Shown: positions 38,265 through 50,537, counted from the first letter of the stretch. The stretch is DNA of 64,000 bases from Escherichia coli (GCF_003019035.1 NZ_CP027448.1), one strand, 5' to 3'. Notes: generated by a model not told the origin, from the sequence alone. Numbers and translations: made by a program.

Positions 38265-39086
38265 TCATGACTTCCACTTTCTGAACTGTTCGGCAATCAC
38301 CCATAACGCCTTGTTGATTCTTATATCACCATCAATACCTGTAATGGCTCTTGTCCTGGTATTTTTCCCGGAGGCACTTCACCCCGATAATCCACCTTTT
38401 ATCATATTCTCCTGAACCCGCTGCCAGGTTGTCCAGAGATCGTTCTGTTTGTCTTCCCGACGACGGGGAGTAATTATCTGTTCAGGTGTCACTGGCGTTT
38501 TATTTTCATCTTCATACCTGACCATCAGTGCAGCTCTGCCAAATAAATGTTGCTCGTCACTGTTAAGATGAATTTCTTTCATCGCCTCCATATTATCAGT
38601 GACCTTATCAAAGACACCGAGCACTTCATACGCTCCCTCGATAACCTGCCCGACAATATCACCTTTATGTGGAACGCGGATTTCGCCAAAATTATTTCCG
38701 CACACCAGGCCATTTGTGCAGACAAAACGAAAAATTCCGGGGATCATCTGATAACTGGATGAACCATCATGTGAATTAAGCAGGATAATTTCAGGAGCTT
38801 CCTGTCCGTTAATATGCCCTTCCCTGCGAAGACGTAACATATGTTTACTGTATTCGCGACGTCCCAAATCACGAACCCGACTCTGACAGGCAAAGAATGG
38901 CTGGAAACCTTCATCACGTAACTTATTGATGATATTGATTGTTGGAATATACGTATAACGTTCACTCCGGGACTCATGTTTATCACCGGAAAATACCGAA
39001 GGCACGAACTGCATTAATTCATCATCCGTTAAAGGACGTTCACGGCGGATGGAATTATACCGACCAAAACGGGAAGCTAATCGCAT
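38265..39086 (-). pseudogene. orf273-like leading-region gene (recalled as DUF932 family) with an in-frame TGA after codon 235
   Basis: ATG 39086 (AGGAG SD), MRLASRFGRYNSIRRERPLTDDELMQFVPSVF...NMIKGGLSG, TGA at 38381..38379. The same frame then continues SASGKNTRTRAITGIDGDIRINKALWVIAEQFRKWKS* to 38265; total 273 codons. Confidence 0.75.
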
Positions 39087-39204
39087 AACAGCTACTCCTT
39101 TATGAAAGAATAAATTTAATAAAAAATTTTTCCGCTTAATATCATCCCCCCTGATCTCCATTAACAAGATTGCAACAATCAGGAGGGATATTCATCACAT
39201 CCGG

Positions 39205-39492
39205 TCAGCAGATCGCCCGGATATCGAGGCCGGCACGCTTAATCTGACGCAGGAACTGTTTGAAGTGATCGGCTTCCGCAATGTTGATATGGCGGAACTG
39301 CTTATCCACACCCTGACTGAGCGCGTAGCTATAACTGAAGGCCATCTTTTCCGGGTGGCTTTTGCGATATTTTTTCAGCTCAGTCAGGCTGCTGAATTCC
39401 AGGACGTCCCACTCTTCCCTGGTGTTTTTTTTCTTCCCGGCAACAAGAAGCGTGTACGACGCGGTGTTAACGTGGATATTTCGGGTACTCAT
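39205..39492 (-). CDS. orf95-like leading-region protein, 95 aa, function unknown
   Basis: First ORF downstream of Frpo-like repeat 1, SD GAGAGGAGAAAG; size and position match orf95 of the F leading region. Confidence 0.65.
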   Translation of the reverse strand: MSTRNIHVNTASYTLLVAGKKKNTREEWDVLEFSSLTELKKYRKSHPEKMAFSYSYALSQGVDKQFRHINIAEADHFKQFLRQIKRAGLDIRAIC

Positions 39493-39513
39493 CCTGCTTT
39501 CTCCTCTCTCTGG

Positions 39514-40142
39514 TTTTCAGCCCCCATCATCTTTTGAGTTTCGGGAGCCGCGGTTTTGACGTTTTGCGGGGACCTGCCTTTTGTTCCCTCCGGTATTCAC
39601 CATCACCTTTTTGAGAACCTTCGCCGCAAGGGGCATCACTGCCACGGACGGAAACGACTGTCCGGGGGCAGACCGCAAAAGTTTTTGCCTGCTTTTGAGC
39701 AAAAAGTTTTGCGGGATGTACATTTCACCCCTGGACTGGCGGAGACGGTTGTGGCTGTATCAGCCCCCGGCGACAGGGGCTTAAACAGGTGAATGGCACC
39801 GGACAGAACAACGGGCAGGGACCCGCCGCAACGACGTGAAGCGCGGTTTGCGAAACGGCGTTGCCCCTTACATCCCGGCGGCCTTTTGCCGGGATGCCGG
39901 GAGCGCAGGCCACGGCGCGACAGAGGCGGCGCGACCGGAACGGTCGCTGCAAGCCCGGGGTTTTCACGCATCGGACCGTAGCGACAGCCCGAAACCGCGC
40001 CAGCGGGTTCGGCGGAGACTGGCAGGTGCGCCAGCAGCTGCCTGTCGGAGTCGGGCCTGACGACCGGATGCCGCCAAGCAGCCGGGAGCCGAAGGTGCGC
40101 CCGGCAGATAGGACAACACTGCAGTAGTCAGAATCAGAGCAG
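39514..40142. repeat. Frpo/ssi-like GC-rich repeat, copy 1 (candidate single-strand DNA promoter)
   Basis: 629 bp, near-identical to 44937..45565 and, over its distal two thirds, to 48264..48879. Multiple hairpins, e.g. CATCCCGGC-N8-GCCGGGATG at 39871..39896; abuts the RBS of the orf95-like gene. Confidence 0.8.
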
Positions 40143-40413
40143 AAAGAAAAAGAGAATAATCACAGGGAAGGTGATGTGATTTCTGACAGGCCATAACCAG
40201 AGAAGGCGGGGGAAAAGAACGGGCGCCGCAGGCGCGCGTTCATCCCCGTTCCTGAAGGGAAACGACCTTCCTGAAGTCAGGTTGTTCATGCCCGTACAAC
40301 ATCAGCAAGGAGAAAGGGGCTACCGGCGAACCAGCAGCCCCTTTATAAAGGCGCTTCAGTAGTCAGACCAGCATCAGTCCTGAAAAGGCGGGCCTGCGCC
40401 CGCCTCCAGGTTG

Positions 40414-40572
40414 CTACTTACCGGATTCGTAAGCCATGAAAGCCGCCACCTCCCTGTGTCCGTCTCTGTAACGAATCTCGCACAGCGATTTTCGTGTCAG
40501 ATAAGTGAATATCAACAGTGTGAGACACACGATCAACACACACCAGACAAGGGAACTTCGTGGTAGTTTCAT
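40414..40572 (-). CDS. hok: Hok/FlmA host-killing toxin, 52 aa
   Basis: Manual translation: [52 protein letters not shown]; below the ORF-track length cutoff. Confidence 0.95.
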   Translation of the reverse strand: MKLPRSSLVWCVLIVCLTLLIFTYLTRKSLCEIRYRDGHREVAAFMAYESGK

Positions 40573-40630
40573 GGCCTTCTTCTCCTTGCGCAAAGCGCGG
40601 TAAGAGGCTATCCTGATGTGGACTAGACAT
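40418..40630 (-). CDS. mok: Mok (modulation of killing) overlapping reading frame, 70 aa
   Basis: 70-aa [29 protein letters not shown]... overlapping hok in another frame, as in R1 parB. Confidence 0.8.
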   Translation of the reverse strand: MSSPHQDSLLPRFAQGEEGHETTTKFPCLVCVDRVSHTVDIHLSDTKIAVRDSLQRRTQGGGGFHGLRIR

Positions 40631-40686
40631 AGGGATGCCTCGTGGTGGTTAATGAAAATTAACTTACTACGGGGCTATCTTCTTTC
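40621..40686 (+). ncRNA. sok: Sok antisense RNA
   Basis: Plus strand: TTGCGC (40586..91), 17 nt, TATCCT (40609..14). The transcript would then start ~40621, covering the mok start (40630) and containing the GGTTAAT-GAAA-ATTAAC hairpin. Ends are approximate. Confidence 0.6.
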
Positions 40687-40851
40687 TGCCACACAACACG
40701 GCAACAAACCACCTTCACGTCATGAGGCAGAAAGCCTCAAGCGCCGGGCACATCATAGCCCATATACCTGCACGCTGACCACACTCACTTTCCCTGAAAA
40801 TAATCCGCTCATTCAGACCGTTCACGGGAAATCCGTGTGATTGTTGCCGCA

Positions 40852-41571
40852 TCACGCTGCCTCCCGGAGTTTGTTCGGCACCATCCACCGCTCCATCTCA
40901 CGGACAGCGTGACCGGCCTCTCTTGCTGCAAGACTGGCTTCCGCAATAACCTGCCAGAACGGCATATCCTGCCACTGCCAGCGTTCCATTCCGGCCAGTG
41001 ACGGAAAACGCTCGCCCCACTGCCAGAACAGGGTTTCCAGGTCATGCTCTGCCACCCGGTCACTCCAGCGTGCATGCCAGCTTCCGACTGTTTCCGGCGA
41101 ATGGAATGCCAGTTCGATTTCAGCCTGAGCGACCAGCGCCTGGTACGCACGGGCTTTCTGCTCTGCCTCCCTCGCCTGCTGGCGGCTGTACTTCTGCATG
41201 ACCAGCGCGGATTTATGGCGACTGCGTTCCCTGACACGAAACCGCACCGACGGGAACAAGCGCTCTGCTGCATCACCGGGAAGGGGAAGGAGGCAGACCT
41301 CGCCCTGTGTTTCAATCAGCACATCGATGGCATACAGCCACTGAAGACGGTTGCCGTGCAGTTCTTCTGCGGTCAGGGACGGCATGAAAAATCGCAGGTC
41401 AGACAGCGATATCCTGCGGCTTCCGTTCAGACAGCGGAAAAACGCCCCCGCATACGGATATTCAGCCAGCGTGTTACCCTGATGGCGGCGTTTTTCGGTC
41501 TCCGCCACCGCCCGCCATACGGCCTGTTGCTCTGTGCTGAGGGGAACCAGTGCCTGTGAACGTGCGCTCAT
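40852..41571 (-). CDS. psiA: PsiA, 239 aa
   Basis: [62 protein letters not shown]... recognised as PsiA; overlaps psiB stop. Confidence 0.95.
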   Translation of the reverse strand: MSARSQALVPLSTEQQAVWRAVAETEKRRHQGNTLAEYPYAGAFFRCLNGSRRISLSDLRFFMPSLTAEELHGNRLQWLYAIDVLIETQGEVCLLPLPGDAAERLFPSVRFRVRERSRHKSALVMQKYSRQQAREAEQKARAYQALVAQAEIELAFHSPETVGSWHARWSDRVAEHDLETLFWQWGERFPSLAGMERWQWQDMPFWQVIAEASLAAREAGHAVREMERWMVPNKLREAA

Positions 41572-42002
41572 GCCTGACCTCCTTCCGCCATCAGGATATG
41601 GATGATGTCACTGACGCTGTACCCCTGCGCGTCCAGTGACGCCGCCAGTGCCAGTGAATGGCTGACGGCTTCCGGTGCAAACCGCCGCTGTACCTGAACC
41701 ACCGCAAACGGCTCACCACCGGCATTCACCAGAACCAGCACCCAGACCTGAGAGACATCGCCCGGTGAACATAACGCCAGGTGAAAACGTTCGTGGGCAG
41801 GCGTGAAACGGACCTGGACGGGGAAAAATCCGCCAAACTCGCTGCCGTACTCGCCGTTCATCGTCCAGTTGTCCGGCGCATCCAGCTCCCGCATCACGGC
41901 GTGTGTCAGCTCACGGCGTTCATCACTTCCGGCAGCCCGGATATCTTCATATTCCTGTGTGTTCATGGTCTGTAATACATTCAGGGTCAGTTCAGTTTTC
42001 AT
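41568..42002 (-). CDS. psiB: PsiB plasmid SOS inhibitor (RecA antagonist), 144 aa
   Basis: ATG at 42002: [53 protein letters not shown]... Confidence 0.95.
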   Translation of the reverse strand: MKTELTLNVLQTMNTQEYEDIRAAGSDERRELTHAVMRELDAPDNWTMNGEYGSEFGGFFPVQVRFTPAHERFHLALCSPGDVSQVWVLVLVNAGGEPFAVVQVQRRFAPEAVSHSLALAASLDAQGYSVSDIIHILMAEGGQA

Positions 42003-42056
42003 CACGGTATCTCCCTTGCTGCCGCCCCGTCTCCGGCGGGGCGGTGTGGTTGTTCA

Positions 42057-44015
42057 TCAGGCGGCATCAGCCAGGTTATCGGTGCGTTCAGTGGCATCCG
42101 TCTGTGGGCGTGGTGCACACATCCAGCCAGGCACCCAGCGGTTGTCTTTCATATGGTGCTCTGCATGTTCAGCCGCATCGCCTTTCTTCATCTTCTCCGC
42201 GTCCCGTGCAGCACCGGACAGTCCTGCCTCATTCAGGGCTGCGATAATCTGCGGCTTTTTCAGGTGTCCGAAGAAGTTTGCTTTTGTCGGCTGCCACCAG
42301 TCGCGCATGTGAAAGCCGATGGCGCTTTCCAGCGAATCCAGCGGACTGCGTGACGTGTGACCATACTCACGGGTCTGAACACCGTGGATGCTGCATGCAG
42401 TGCAGAAACTGAGCAGGGACAACAGAACCTCCTGGCTGAGTGACAGGAACGTCGTCATATCCCGTGCCCATCCCTCCGGTAACAGGGCTGCAAGACGGGC
42501 TTTTTCTGCCATCATCGCCATGAATGCGGCACCGTCCTTCCCCGATGGCGCATCGCTGGTCAGCGCATAATGCTCACATTCCAGACGAATTTTTGCGGGA
42601 TTGCTGTACGCCCCGCTACCAAACACATTCAGGCAGAGCGTCCATGCCAGCAGTGCCAGGGATTTGTCCGGCTGTTGCATAAGCGCCGCCTGGACTGCCA
42701 GCGTGCGCTCTGAGGACATTTTCGTCAGCAGTGGCAGACTGATTTCCTCCACGGAGGCTTTCTCCTGCACCTGTTCCGTGTGGTCAGCGTCGTCAGCCAC
42801 ATCATCCTCACTGCGTAACTGCACACCACGCTGGACACATACGTTTCCATAACGCCAGGACACCACCACGCCACTTCCGGCACGCATCTCCGGCGTCCAC
42901 GCCCTGACCTTCGCCATGCAGTCAATCAGCTTCATTTCTGCTTCCAGCAGGTCGGATTCCTCACACTGGTTTTCCAGCGCATCGTAACGTGCCATCAGTT
43001 CGTTCAGGCGTTCTTCTTCTGCCTCCGTCAGCACCGCTTCCGGCTCCGGCAGACTGCGGTATGTTCCGGCATCCTCACGGCACTCACCAACGGCCTCCAT
43101 GCGTCCGGCACACCATCCCCAGCCCTCGGCTTCCCGAAGGTGTTCAGCAACAGCCTGGAGTTTTTCCAGCAGGGCAGCATCGAGCGCAACACAGTCCACA
43201 TAGCCACCCTCGTCGTCGCTGAACAAATCGGTGCGCAGTTCATCTGGCGAGAAGGCATCAGCCCCCACAAAGCGGAATTTAGTGTTCCCCACCACCGCCA
43301 CTTCACTTTCGGTCACCAGACGACGAATGGTCTGTACTCCCGGTTTTCCGCCCCATCCCGACTGACAGGCAGCTTCAAACACCTGCACCTGACGCGCGGT
43401 GTCGTTCTCCAGCGCCAGCGCCTGACAGTGCTCTGTGGTGATGCGGTCTTCTGCCAGCGCATCGAGGATGACAGGCGCAAGGTCTGCCAGTTTCAGCATT
43501 CGCTGAACGTGGCGGGGTGAATAGCCCAGCAAATCACCGATTTGTGCAGGCGTTTTGCCTTCCTGCGCCATTGCACGGAATCCGGCAATCTGTTCGGCAG
43601 GGTGCATATCCCGACGATGACCGTTTTCAGTCATTGATGCGGCAGTCGCCAGTTCCTGCGGAATAACCTTCACGCGGACAGGCCAGTCAGCAGGAAGGAT
43701 GTTGCGCTCTGCCAGCATGTTGAGTGCTGCCAGTCGGCGACCGCCTGCGGCGACACCGTAACGGTCACCTGGCAGGGCATGAACAACCAGATTCTGCAGC
43801 AGGCCGACGCCCTTAATGGACTCTGCCAGTTCGCTGACGGACTCCGCAGAATACGGCACCGTGCGCACATTCAGCGGTGACTTAATCAGCGAGGCCAGCG
43901 GCACGCTCACTTCAGCCGTCTCCGCCAGCAGGGCCGACAGGACTGTTTCCTGCGTTTTTGCAGGTTTACGGCTGGATTTACGCTCCGTTTTTACCTTAGA
44001 CTCTGTAACTGACAT
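42057..44015 (-). CDS. ParB-like nuclease-domain protein, 652 aa (F leading-region orf652 type)
   Basis: ATG 44015 with AAAGGAG SD; N-terminal ParB/Srx-like box (LLQNLVVHALPGDRYGVAAGGRRLAAL), HTH (TPAQIGDLLGYSPRHVQRML). Confidence 0.85.
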   Translation of the reverse strand: MSVTESKVKTERKSSRKPAKTQETVLSALLAETAEVSVPLASLIKSPLNVRTVPYSAESVSELAESIKGVGLLQNLVVHALPGDRYGVAAGGRRLAALNMLAERNILPADWPVRVKVIPQELATAASMTENGHRRDMHPAEQIAGFRAMAQEGKTPAQIGDLLGYSPRHVQRMLKLADLAPVILDALAEDRITTEHCQALALENDTARQVQVFEAACQSGWGGKPGVQTIRRLVTESEVAVVGNTKFRFVGADAFSPDELRTDLFSDDEGGYVDCVALDAALLEKLQAVAEHLREAEGWGWCAGRMEAVGECREDAGTYRSLPEPEAVLTEAEEERLNELMARYDALENQCEESDLLEAEMKLIDCMAKVRAWTPEMRAGSGVVVSWRYGNVCVQRGVQLRSEDDVADDADHTEQVQEKASVEEISLPLLTKMSSERTLAVQAALMQQPDKSLALLAWTLCLNVFGSGAYSNPAKIRLECEHYALTSDAPSGKDGAAFMAMMAEKARLAALLPEGWARDMTTFLSLSQEVLLSLLSFCTACSIHGVQTREYGHTSRSPLDSLESAIGFHMRDWWQPTKANFFGHLKKPQIIAALNEAGLSGAARDAEKMKKGDAAEHAEHHMKDNRWVPGWMCAPRPQTDATERTDNLADAA

Positions 44016-44079
44016 ATATTTCTCCTTTGACCGGGGTGGTTGTATGTCTGCCGGACGTGATCCCCGTCCGGCACCTCTC

Positions 44080-45565
<1,486 letters not shown>

Positions 45566-45777
45566 CAGGAAAAAGAAGAACAGTAGCAGTAGCAGTAGCA
45601 GGAACAACAACATCAGTAACAGACAAATGACAGGCATGAAGAAACAGAAGCCCCCATCAGAACGTCCGCGTAATGAAAGGGGCGGCGCGTGAGCGCGGCC
45701 CCTTTCAGCGCCACCGGCGCGCGGTCTTTTCCCGGCGCGGGCAGACGGGCATTTATCCTCCCGCCTGCCCGGCGTCT

Positions 45778-46341
45778 TCAGGCACGCAGACGAATAATCA
45801 TCGTCGGGACATCGGTATAAGCAAACGTGCCGCGCGGCAGCTCCTCGCGGACGTCAGAAAACGGTAACAGCTTCTCCTGCTGGCGTGGTCCGTTGAGACA
45901 GACGGCGACCAGCACGCCACCCGGACGCAACAGGGAAAAGGCCCGCAGGATATGCCGGATATCCTGCCCGTGGCTGAACGGCGGATTCATGATAACCCGG
46001 CTGTAATACTGCGCCGGCTGCCATTCCATGAAGTCGCCACACTGAACCCTGACACCGTTAAAATTTTCCCGCAGATACCGGACCAGCCCGCTGTTGATTT
46101 CCACCGCATCACACATGGCCCCCGGCGCGGTATCCCGAATCGCCCGCAGTATGGCCCCGGTGCCGGCAGAGGGTTCCAGAATGTGATCACGGTTGCTGAT
46201 CTCCGCCAGCATCACCAGGCGATCACAGACCGGGGCAGGAGTCACAAAAAGCTGAGATTCAGCCCGGATTTCAGCAACCGGCGCGGCGTTATCCAGCCTT
46301 GCGCGCATCAGCCGGATACGTTCTCTTAACTGACTGTGCAT
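45778..46341 (-). CDS. Orphan class-I SAM-dependent (probable N6-adenine DNA) methyltransferase, 187 aa
   Basis: Motif I ILEPSAGTGAIL followed by motif IV VIMNPPFS; no adjacent restriction gene. Confidence 0.78.
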   Translation of the reverse strand: MHSQLRERIRLMRARLDNAAPVAEIRAESQLFVTPAPVCDRLVMLAEISNRDHILEPSAGTGAILRAIRDTAPGAMCDAVEINSGLVRYLRENFNGVRVQCGDFMEWQPAQYYSRVIMNPPFSHGQDIRHILRAFSLLRPGGVLVAVCLNGPRQQEKLLPFSDVREELPRGTFAYTDVPTMIIRLRA

Positions 46342-46388
46342 GTCATTATCTCCGTCATCCCCCGGGGATTTTCCCGGGGGGATATACC

Positions 46389-47750
46389 TTATTTCTGTGG
46401 AATTTCCGTGATTTTCATGTCGGTGATATACACATTCACCAGGCGGAAATTATTGTCCATTGTGCGGCGGTAGCGGTATGCCCCGTGGTCTTCTGCTTCT
46501 GCCACACTGCGCACGGCCTTACAGTCCCGGGGCAGGGCGGCCCACTGTGCCTTTGTCATTTCCCGGAAACCTTCCCCCGGATAGTTGACTACCGGCGGAC
46601 GCTTCGCGGCCTGACTGGCGACGGCAGCCTCTTCTGCCGATGGTGCTTTGTAGTCCGTGATGCGATCGGGCGTCACTTTCATCGTGCCGCTGTACCCGAG
46701 AAAACTGTAATTTGGCGTTGTGACTGAACTCACCACCCCGTTGCTTTTGTTCACACGGATGATGGTCAGCCACTCGCCCCGGCTGAAAACCTGTCCGCCC
46801 GGCTCAAAATCCTGTGTCCGGGTAACCACGCCGCCGCTTTCGTCCAGCATGGCACGCTCATAGATCAGGCGGTTCTGATAGTGGTTAACCCAGCGTTGCT
46901 GACGCTGGATCTGCCGTTCATGACAGCGGATCGCAATTTCGCGGGCCTGCTCCGTGGTGATGATGTCATCATCCAGGGCCGACCATAACGATCGACTTCC
47001 TTCATACTGGCTTTTTTCTGCCGGGCGCGGATACGTATCCAGCGGGAAACAGGCGCTAATATGGTCATGACTGCTGATGAGTTTTGCCATATTCAGATCC
47101 AGCGATTCAGCCCGCCACATCGTCAGATATTTCTGCGACTGTGCGATGGTCTTTTCAGCCTTGCGCAAATCAGCTTCGATTTTTTTGATACGACGCCAGC
47201 GAACGTCCGGACGTTCTTTATACTTCGCGTGAAGCAGTGCCGACCGCGCGCGTTCTTCCCAGTATTCCGCACGTTCAAAGAGCATCACGGCACGTTTCAT
47301 GCCGTTTTCAATACGCTGCGCATCACGACGGGCGCGGCGTTCGCTGTGATGCCCCACAAGAATGGGCTGACCGGGCGGGATCATCGCGGCCAGTCTTTCC
47401 ACTTCATCAAGTGCCTGTGCGGATTCACTGGCCCGCTTTCCGCTGTATCCGGTAAACCGCTCCGCCCGTGCTTCCTGACGTTCAGCGAGCGTGCTGTCTT
47501 CATCCTCAATCTCTCCGGCAAGTGAGAGGAGCACGTCTTCCCGGCCCGGTGTCCAGGCTGGCGCGACAAACAGCGCCTGTTTGGGTGCCCAGCGAAAACC
47601 GGCATCATGCACTTTTTTATACGTCTCCGGGTCGAGGCGTGACGCGGCATACAGGCGCAGTTTGTTGTCATCCGGTGAGTAGGTCGCGCGGTACATCTGC
47701 ACAGGGCTGGCGGCTTCCGGGGCGGTCATGGTGATGGCTGCTAATGTCAT
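46389..47750 (-). CDS. Conserved leading-region protein, 453 aa, unknown function (recalled as DUF3560-like)
   Basis: Long uninterrupted ORF with a coiled-coil-like middle; in a block with the methyltransferase downstream of repeat 3. Confidence 0.6.
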   Translation of the reverse strand: MTLAAITMTAPEAASPVQMYRATYSPDDNKLRLYAASRLDPETYKKVHDAGFRWAPKQALFVAPAWTPGREDVLLSLAGEIEDEDSTLAERQEARAERFTGYSGKRASESAQALDEVERLAAMIPPGQPILVGHHSERRARRDAQRIENGMKRAVMLFERAEYWEERARSALLHAKYKERPDVRWRRIKKIEADLRKAEKTIAQSQKYLTMWRAESLDLNMAKLISSHDHISACFPLDTYPRPAEKSQYEGSRSLWSALDDDIITTEQAREIAIRCHERQIQRQQRWVNHYQNRLIYERAMLDESGGVVTRTQDFEPGGQVFSRGEWLTIIRVNKSNGVVSSVTTPNYSFLGYSGTMKVTPDRITDYKAPSAEEAAVASQAAKRPPVVNYPGEGFREMTKAQWAALPRDCKAVRSVAEAEDHGAYRYRRTMDNNFRLVNVYITDMKITEIPQK

Positions 47751-47801
47751 AAAATGTTCTCCTTCCGTCTGTTGCCGCCCCTCGCGGGGCGGCTCACCTC
47801 A

Positions 47802-48032
47802 TCAGTTAAAAGCGCGTTTCAGTTCGAGTGTGCGGAGCACCTGCCCGAAGGCCGTGTTTTTCATGGCGGGGATGTGTACACCACGCCCCCGGTGAAAACT
47901 CCGGGCTATGTGTCGCCCGAAGGCTTTCAGCACGGGGTCAATTTCCGGCGCGGGGATGTCTTCGCGTCTGAAACGGGGATGACGGCGGGGCTTTACAGCC
48001 GCTGCGGAAGGTGAAACAATACTTACCGTCAT
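47802..48032 (-). CDS. Hypothetical basic protein, 76 aa
   Basis: First ORF downstream of repeat 3; no recognisable motifs. Confidence 0.4.
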   Translation of the reverse strand: MTVSIVSPSAAAVKPRRHPRFRREDIPAPEIDPVLKAFGRHIARSFHRGRGVHIPAMKNTAFGQVLRTLELKRAFN

Positions 48033-48263
48033 AAATGAAACTCCTTATGACTGTTGAATGGAACCGCAGAAACTGCTCGAACAGTTTTTGCGGTGTGGAT
48101 TAAGCAGGTCCTCCCCGGCCTGCTTTTTTCATATCTGCGTCTGACGTTCTCCGGTGTTTTCCTCCTTCTGTTCCTGCGTTCTCATTACCTGCCAGCCGGA
48201 TGACTGACAGAACAAATAAATGCGTATTGCCGGAGCCTGAAATAAATCCTGATTTTTAAAGAA

Positions 48264-48879
48264 CATCACCCGTTGAGTTTCGGGAGCCGCGGTTTTGACG
48301 TTTCGCGGGAACCTGCTGCTGTATTCCCTGTGGTATGAACTTCACCCGTTTGAGAACCTTCGCCGCAAGGGGCATCACTGCCACGGCCTGACGCACCTGT
48401 CCTGGGCAGAACGCAAAATTTTTTACCGGGTTTGGGGTAAAAAATTTTGTGGGCTGTTCATTTACCCTGGACAGTCAGTGCGGCAGGTTGTGGCTGTATC
48501 AGCCCCCGGCGACAGGGACTCATACGGGTGTGTGGCACCCGGCAGGCAATGAGCAGGGACCCGCCGCAACGACGGAGAGCGCGTGCGCGAAACGGCGTTG
48601 CCCCTTACATCCCGGCGGCCTTTTGCCGGGATGCCAGGAGCGCAGGCCACGGCGCGACAGAGGCGGCGCGACCGGAACGGTCGCTGCAAGCCAGGGGGTT
48701 TCACGCATCGGACCGTAGCGGCAGCCCGAAACCGCGCCAGCGGGTTCGGCGGAGACTGGCAGGTGCGCCAGCAGCTGCCTGTCGGAGTCGGGCCTGACGA
48801 CCGGATGCCGCCAGGCAGCCGGGAGCCGAAGGTGCGCCCGGCAGACAGAACAACACTGCAGTAGTCAGAATCAGAGCAG
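48264..48879. repeat. Frpo/ssi-like GC-rich repeat, copy 3 (proximal third diverged)
   Basis: 48264..~48560 only loosely similar to copies 1/2, with shared blocks GTTGAGTTTCGGGAGCCGCGGTTTTGACGTTT and TTTGAGAACCTTCGCCGCAAGGGGCATCACTGCCACGG. From ~48560 to 48879 it is almost identical. Confidence 0.75.
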
Positions 48880-49072
48880 CAGATAAAGGAACAACAACAA
48901 CATCAGGAACAGTTCCACAACATAAGAAAGAAACACTCCTGAGTCAGACACATCACAGACGGGAAGGGTAACGGGCGACGCGCCAGCGTGGCCCGCTTCC
49001 CTTCCGGCAGGCGTCAGCCTGCCAGGGGTTTTCGCGCGGGCTGACAGGCGGCCTCCACCGCCTGCCCCTGTA

Positions 49073-49264
49073 TCACCTGTTTCTGCTGCCCTGTAAGATG
49101 TAGTGACCGCCCAGGAAAACCGCCTGCTGATTCGCCACAAAATCGCAGATTTCATCAACAATCTGCGCGGTGGTGAGCGGTTTCTGCCCCATTTCACGAC
49201 GCCGCGCATTAATCACGGCCCTGTAATTACGCAGAATTTCGCGGGTTTCTGTGCTGATATTCAT
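49073..49264 (-). CDS. Hypothetical protein, 63 aa
   Basis: ATG overlaps the stop of the upstream ORF (49261..49264), suggesting coupling. Confidence 0.45.
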   Translation of the reverse strand: MNISTETREILRNYRAVINARRREMGQKPLTTAQIVDEICDFVANQQAVFLGGHYILQGSRNR

Positions 49265-49683
49265 GACATCGTCTCCCCGTCCAGCGCCTGTAACACAACG
49301 TCCATTGCTTCGCGTTCCTCCCTGACGAATGCGTCACCGTCGCCCCCGTTCTCACTCCCGACGGCATACAGGCGCTTCATTTCACTGCCTGCCAGCGCCA
49401 TCACTTTTTCCAGCATCACCGCCGGGACTGTCACATGACGGCTGGCGCGCTTTTCTTCCATCAGTTCACGAACAACGTCGTGAACAACGCTGACATCCGC
49501 ACCATGCTCAAAGGCATCGTCCAGCCGCTGCATGACGGTTTCCAGCTCATCGTCTGCCAGACTCCAGTCCTGAGCTATGTGGCGCACATCCCCACGGGTC
49601 AGCACCACGGCAAAAACGCATTCACTGTCCGGCACGTCTGTATCCAGCACTTCGCGGATAATTTCTTTAACAGTACAGTACAT
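49261..49683 (-). CDS. Leading-region protein, 140 aa (recalled as DUF1380-like), paralogue of 51390..51824
   Basis: Shares with the other copy the pattern MY.T..E...E...[n]...L.D.E...V..RL.D...[n]..R.VTVPA..L. Confidence 0.55.
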   Translation of the reverse strand: MYCTVKEIIREVLDTDVPDSECVFAVVLTRGDVRHIAQDWSLADDELETVMQRLDDAFEHGADVSVVHDVVRELMEEKRASRHVTVPAVMLEKVMALAGSEMKRLYAVGSENGGDGDAFVREEREAMDVVLQALDGETMS

Positions 49684-49729
49684 GTTCTCGTCTCCTTTAC
49701 AGGGGCGGCATTGCCGCCCCGTCCGTTAA

Positions 49730-50155
49730 TCAGTCCAGTGCCGCGTAAATCGCGTTACATTCGGGGTGAAATTCGATGTGGCTCCACAACTGCGCATCGC
49801 GCATCCTGTACAGGTGAGTCAGTCCTGCATCACCGCTGTCGTGGTACAGCCACAACTGACGGTTAATCACAAGGGAAGTCACAATGATGCCTGCGGCATC
49901 GGCGCTGACCGTACGGTCAAACCAGTTTTCACCGTTCACCATGTGGAAACGGTCGCCATCCGGCATCATGTAACCGCCACCGTCCGGCAGGCGGATGAAG
50001 TGCCAGAATCCGCCTTCATATTCCGGCATCATTTTTTTCGCCAGCGCGTACACAGATGCCTCGGCATACAGAAAATCATTGCCAAACAGATACAGCAGAA
50101 AGGAGAGACGGTCGCATTCTTCAACATTCAGAGTGACAGGTTTCGCATACTGCAT
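49730..50155 (-). CDS. klcA: KlcA/ArdB-type antirestriction protein, 141 aa
   Basis: ATG 50155 (GGAGG SD): [93 protein letters not shown]... recognised as KlcA. Confidence 0.85.
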   Translation of the reverse strand: MQYAKPVTLNVEECDRLSFLLYLFGNDFLYAEASVYALAKKMMPEYEGGFWHFIRLPDGGGYMMPDGDRFHMVNGENWFDRTVSADAAGIIVTSLVINRQLWLYHDSGDAGLTHLYRMRDAQLWSHIEFHPECNAIYAALD

Positions 50156-50537
50156 GGGATTTCCTCCGTTGTTCACATATTCCGCGACACCGGGCGGTGC
50201 CGTGCCTCCATAAAAGCCGGGCGATAAGGCGGGGATGCACAGGGCGCAAGGGAAGCCGCAGCCTGACGCACACGGCTGACGGGAGTTGGAGGGGGAGACC
50301 GCGAAATCTGAGCGGGTGAACGACCGGAAAATCACGGCAGACGGGAAGGAGGGACCGGGTGACCGCAGCGTTCATTTTACCCTTGCATCCCCGCCAGCCC
50401 GGCTAAGATGGAGGCACGGCACAGCCCGCACACGACACGGTGGCCACATAACTGAAAACCCACAAGGCCATGCCTGCATGGCCGGGTAAAGCGGAGCCGG
50501 CGGCGACTTCCTTTGTGCTCTGTCCGGGGACCGGCAG

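Noticed and set aside
39556-40194. Cluster of 60-111-aa ORFs on both strands inside repeat 1, with equivalents at 44979-45626 and 48295-48864
   Set aside because: They overlap each other in all frames within a GC-rich, hairpin-dense repeat and have Arg/Pro/Gly-biased low-complexity translations with no start context. They recur only because the DNA repeat recurs. I interpret them as non-coding Frpo/ssi-like sequence.
40809-41315. 168-aa ORF overlapping psiA in another frame
   Set aside because: It is nested in psiA, whose identity is certain, and has no independent start signals.
45581-45600. Short (AGCAGT)n-like microsatellite after repeat 2
   Set aside because: It has only about three units. 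Similar A/C/G-rich low-complexity tails follow the other repeat copies, so there is no evidence of function or phase variation.
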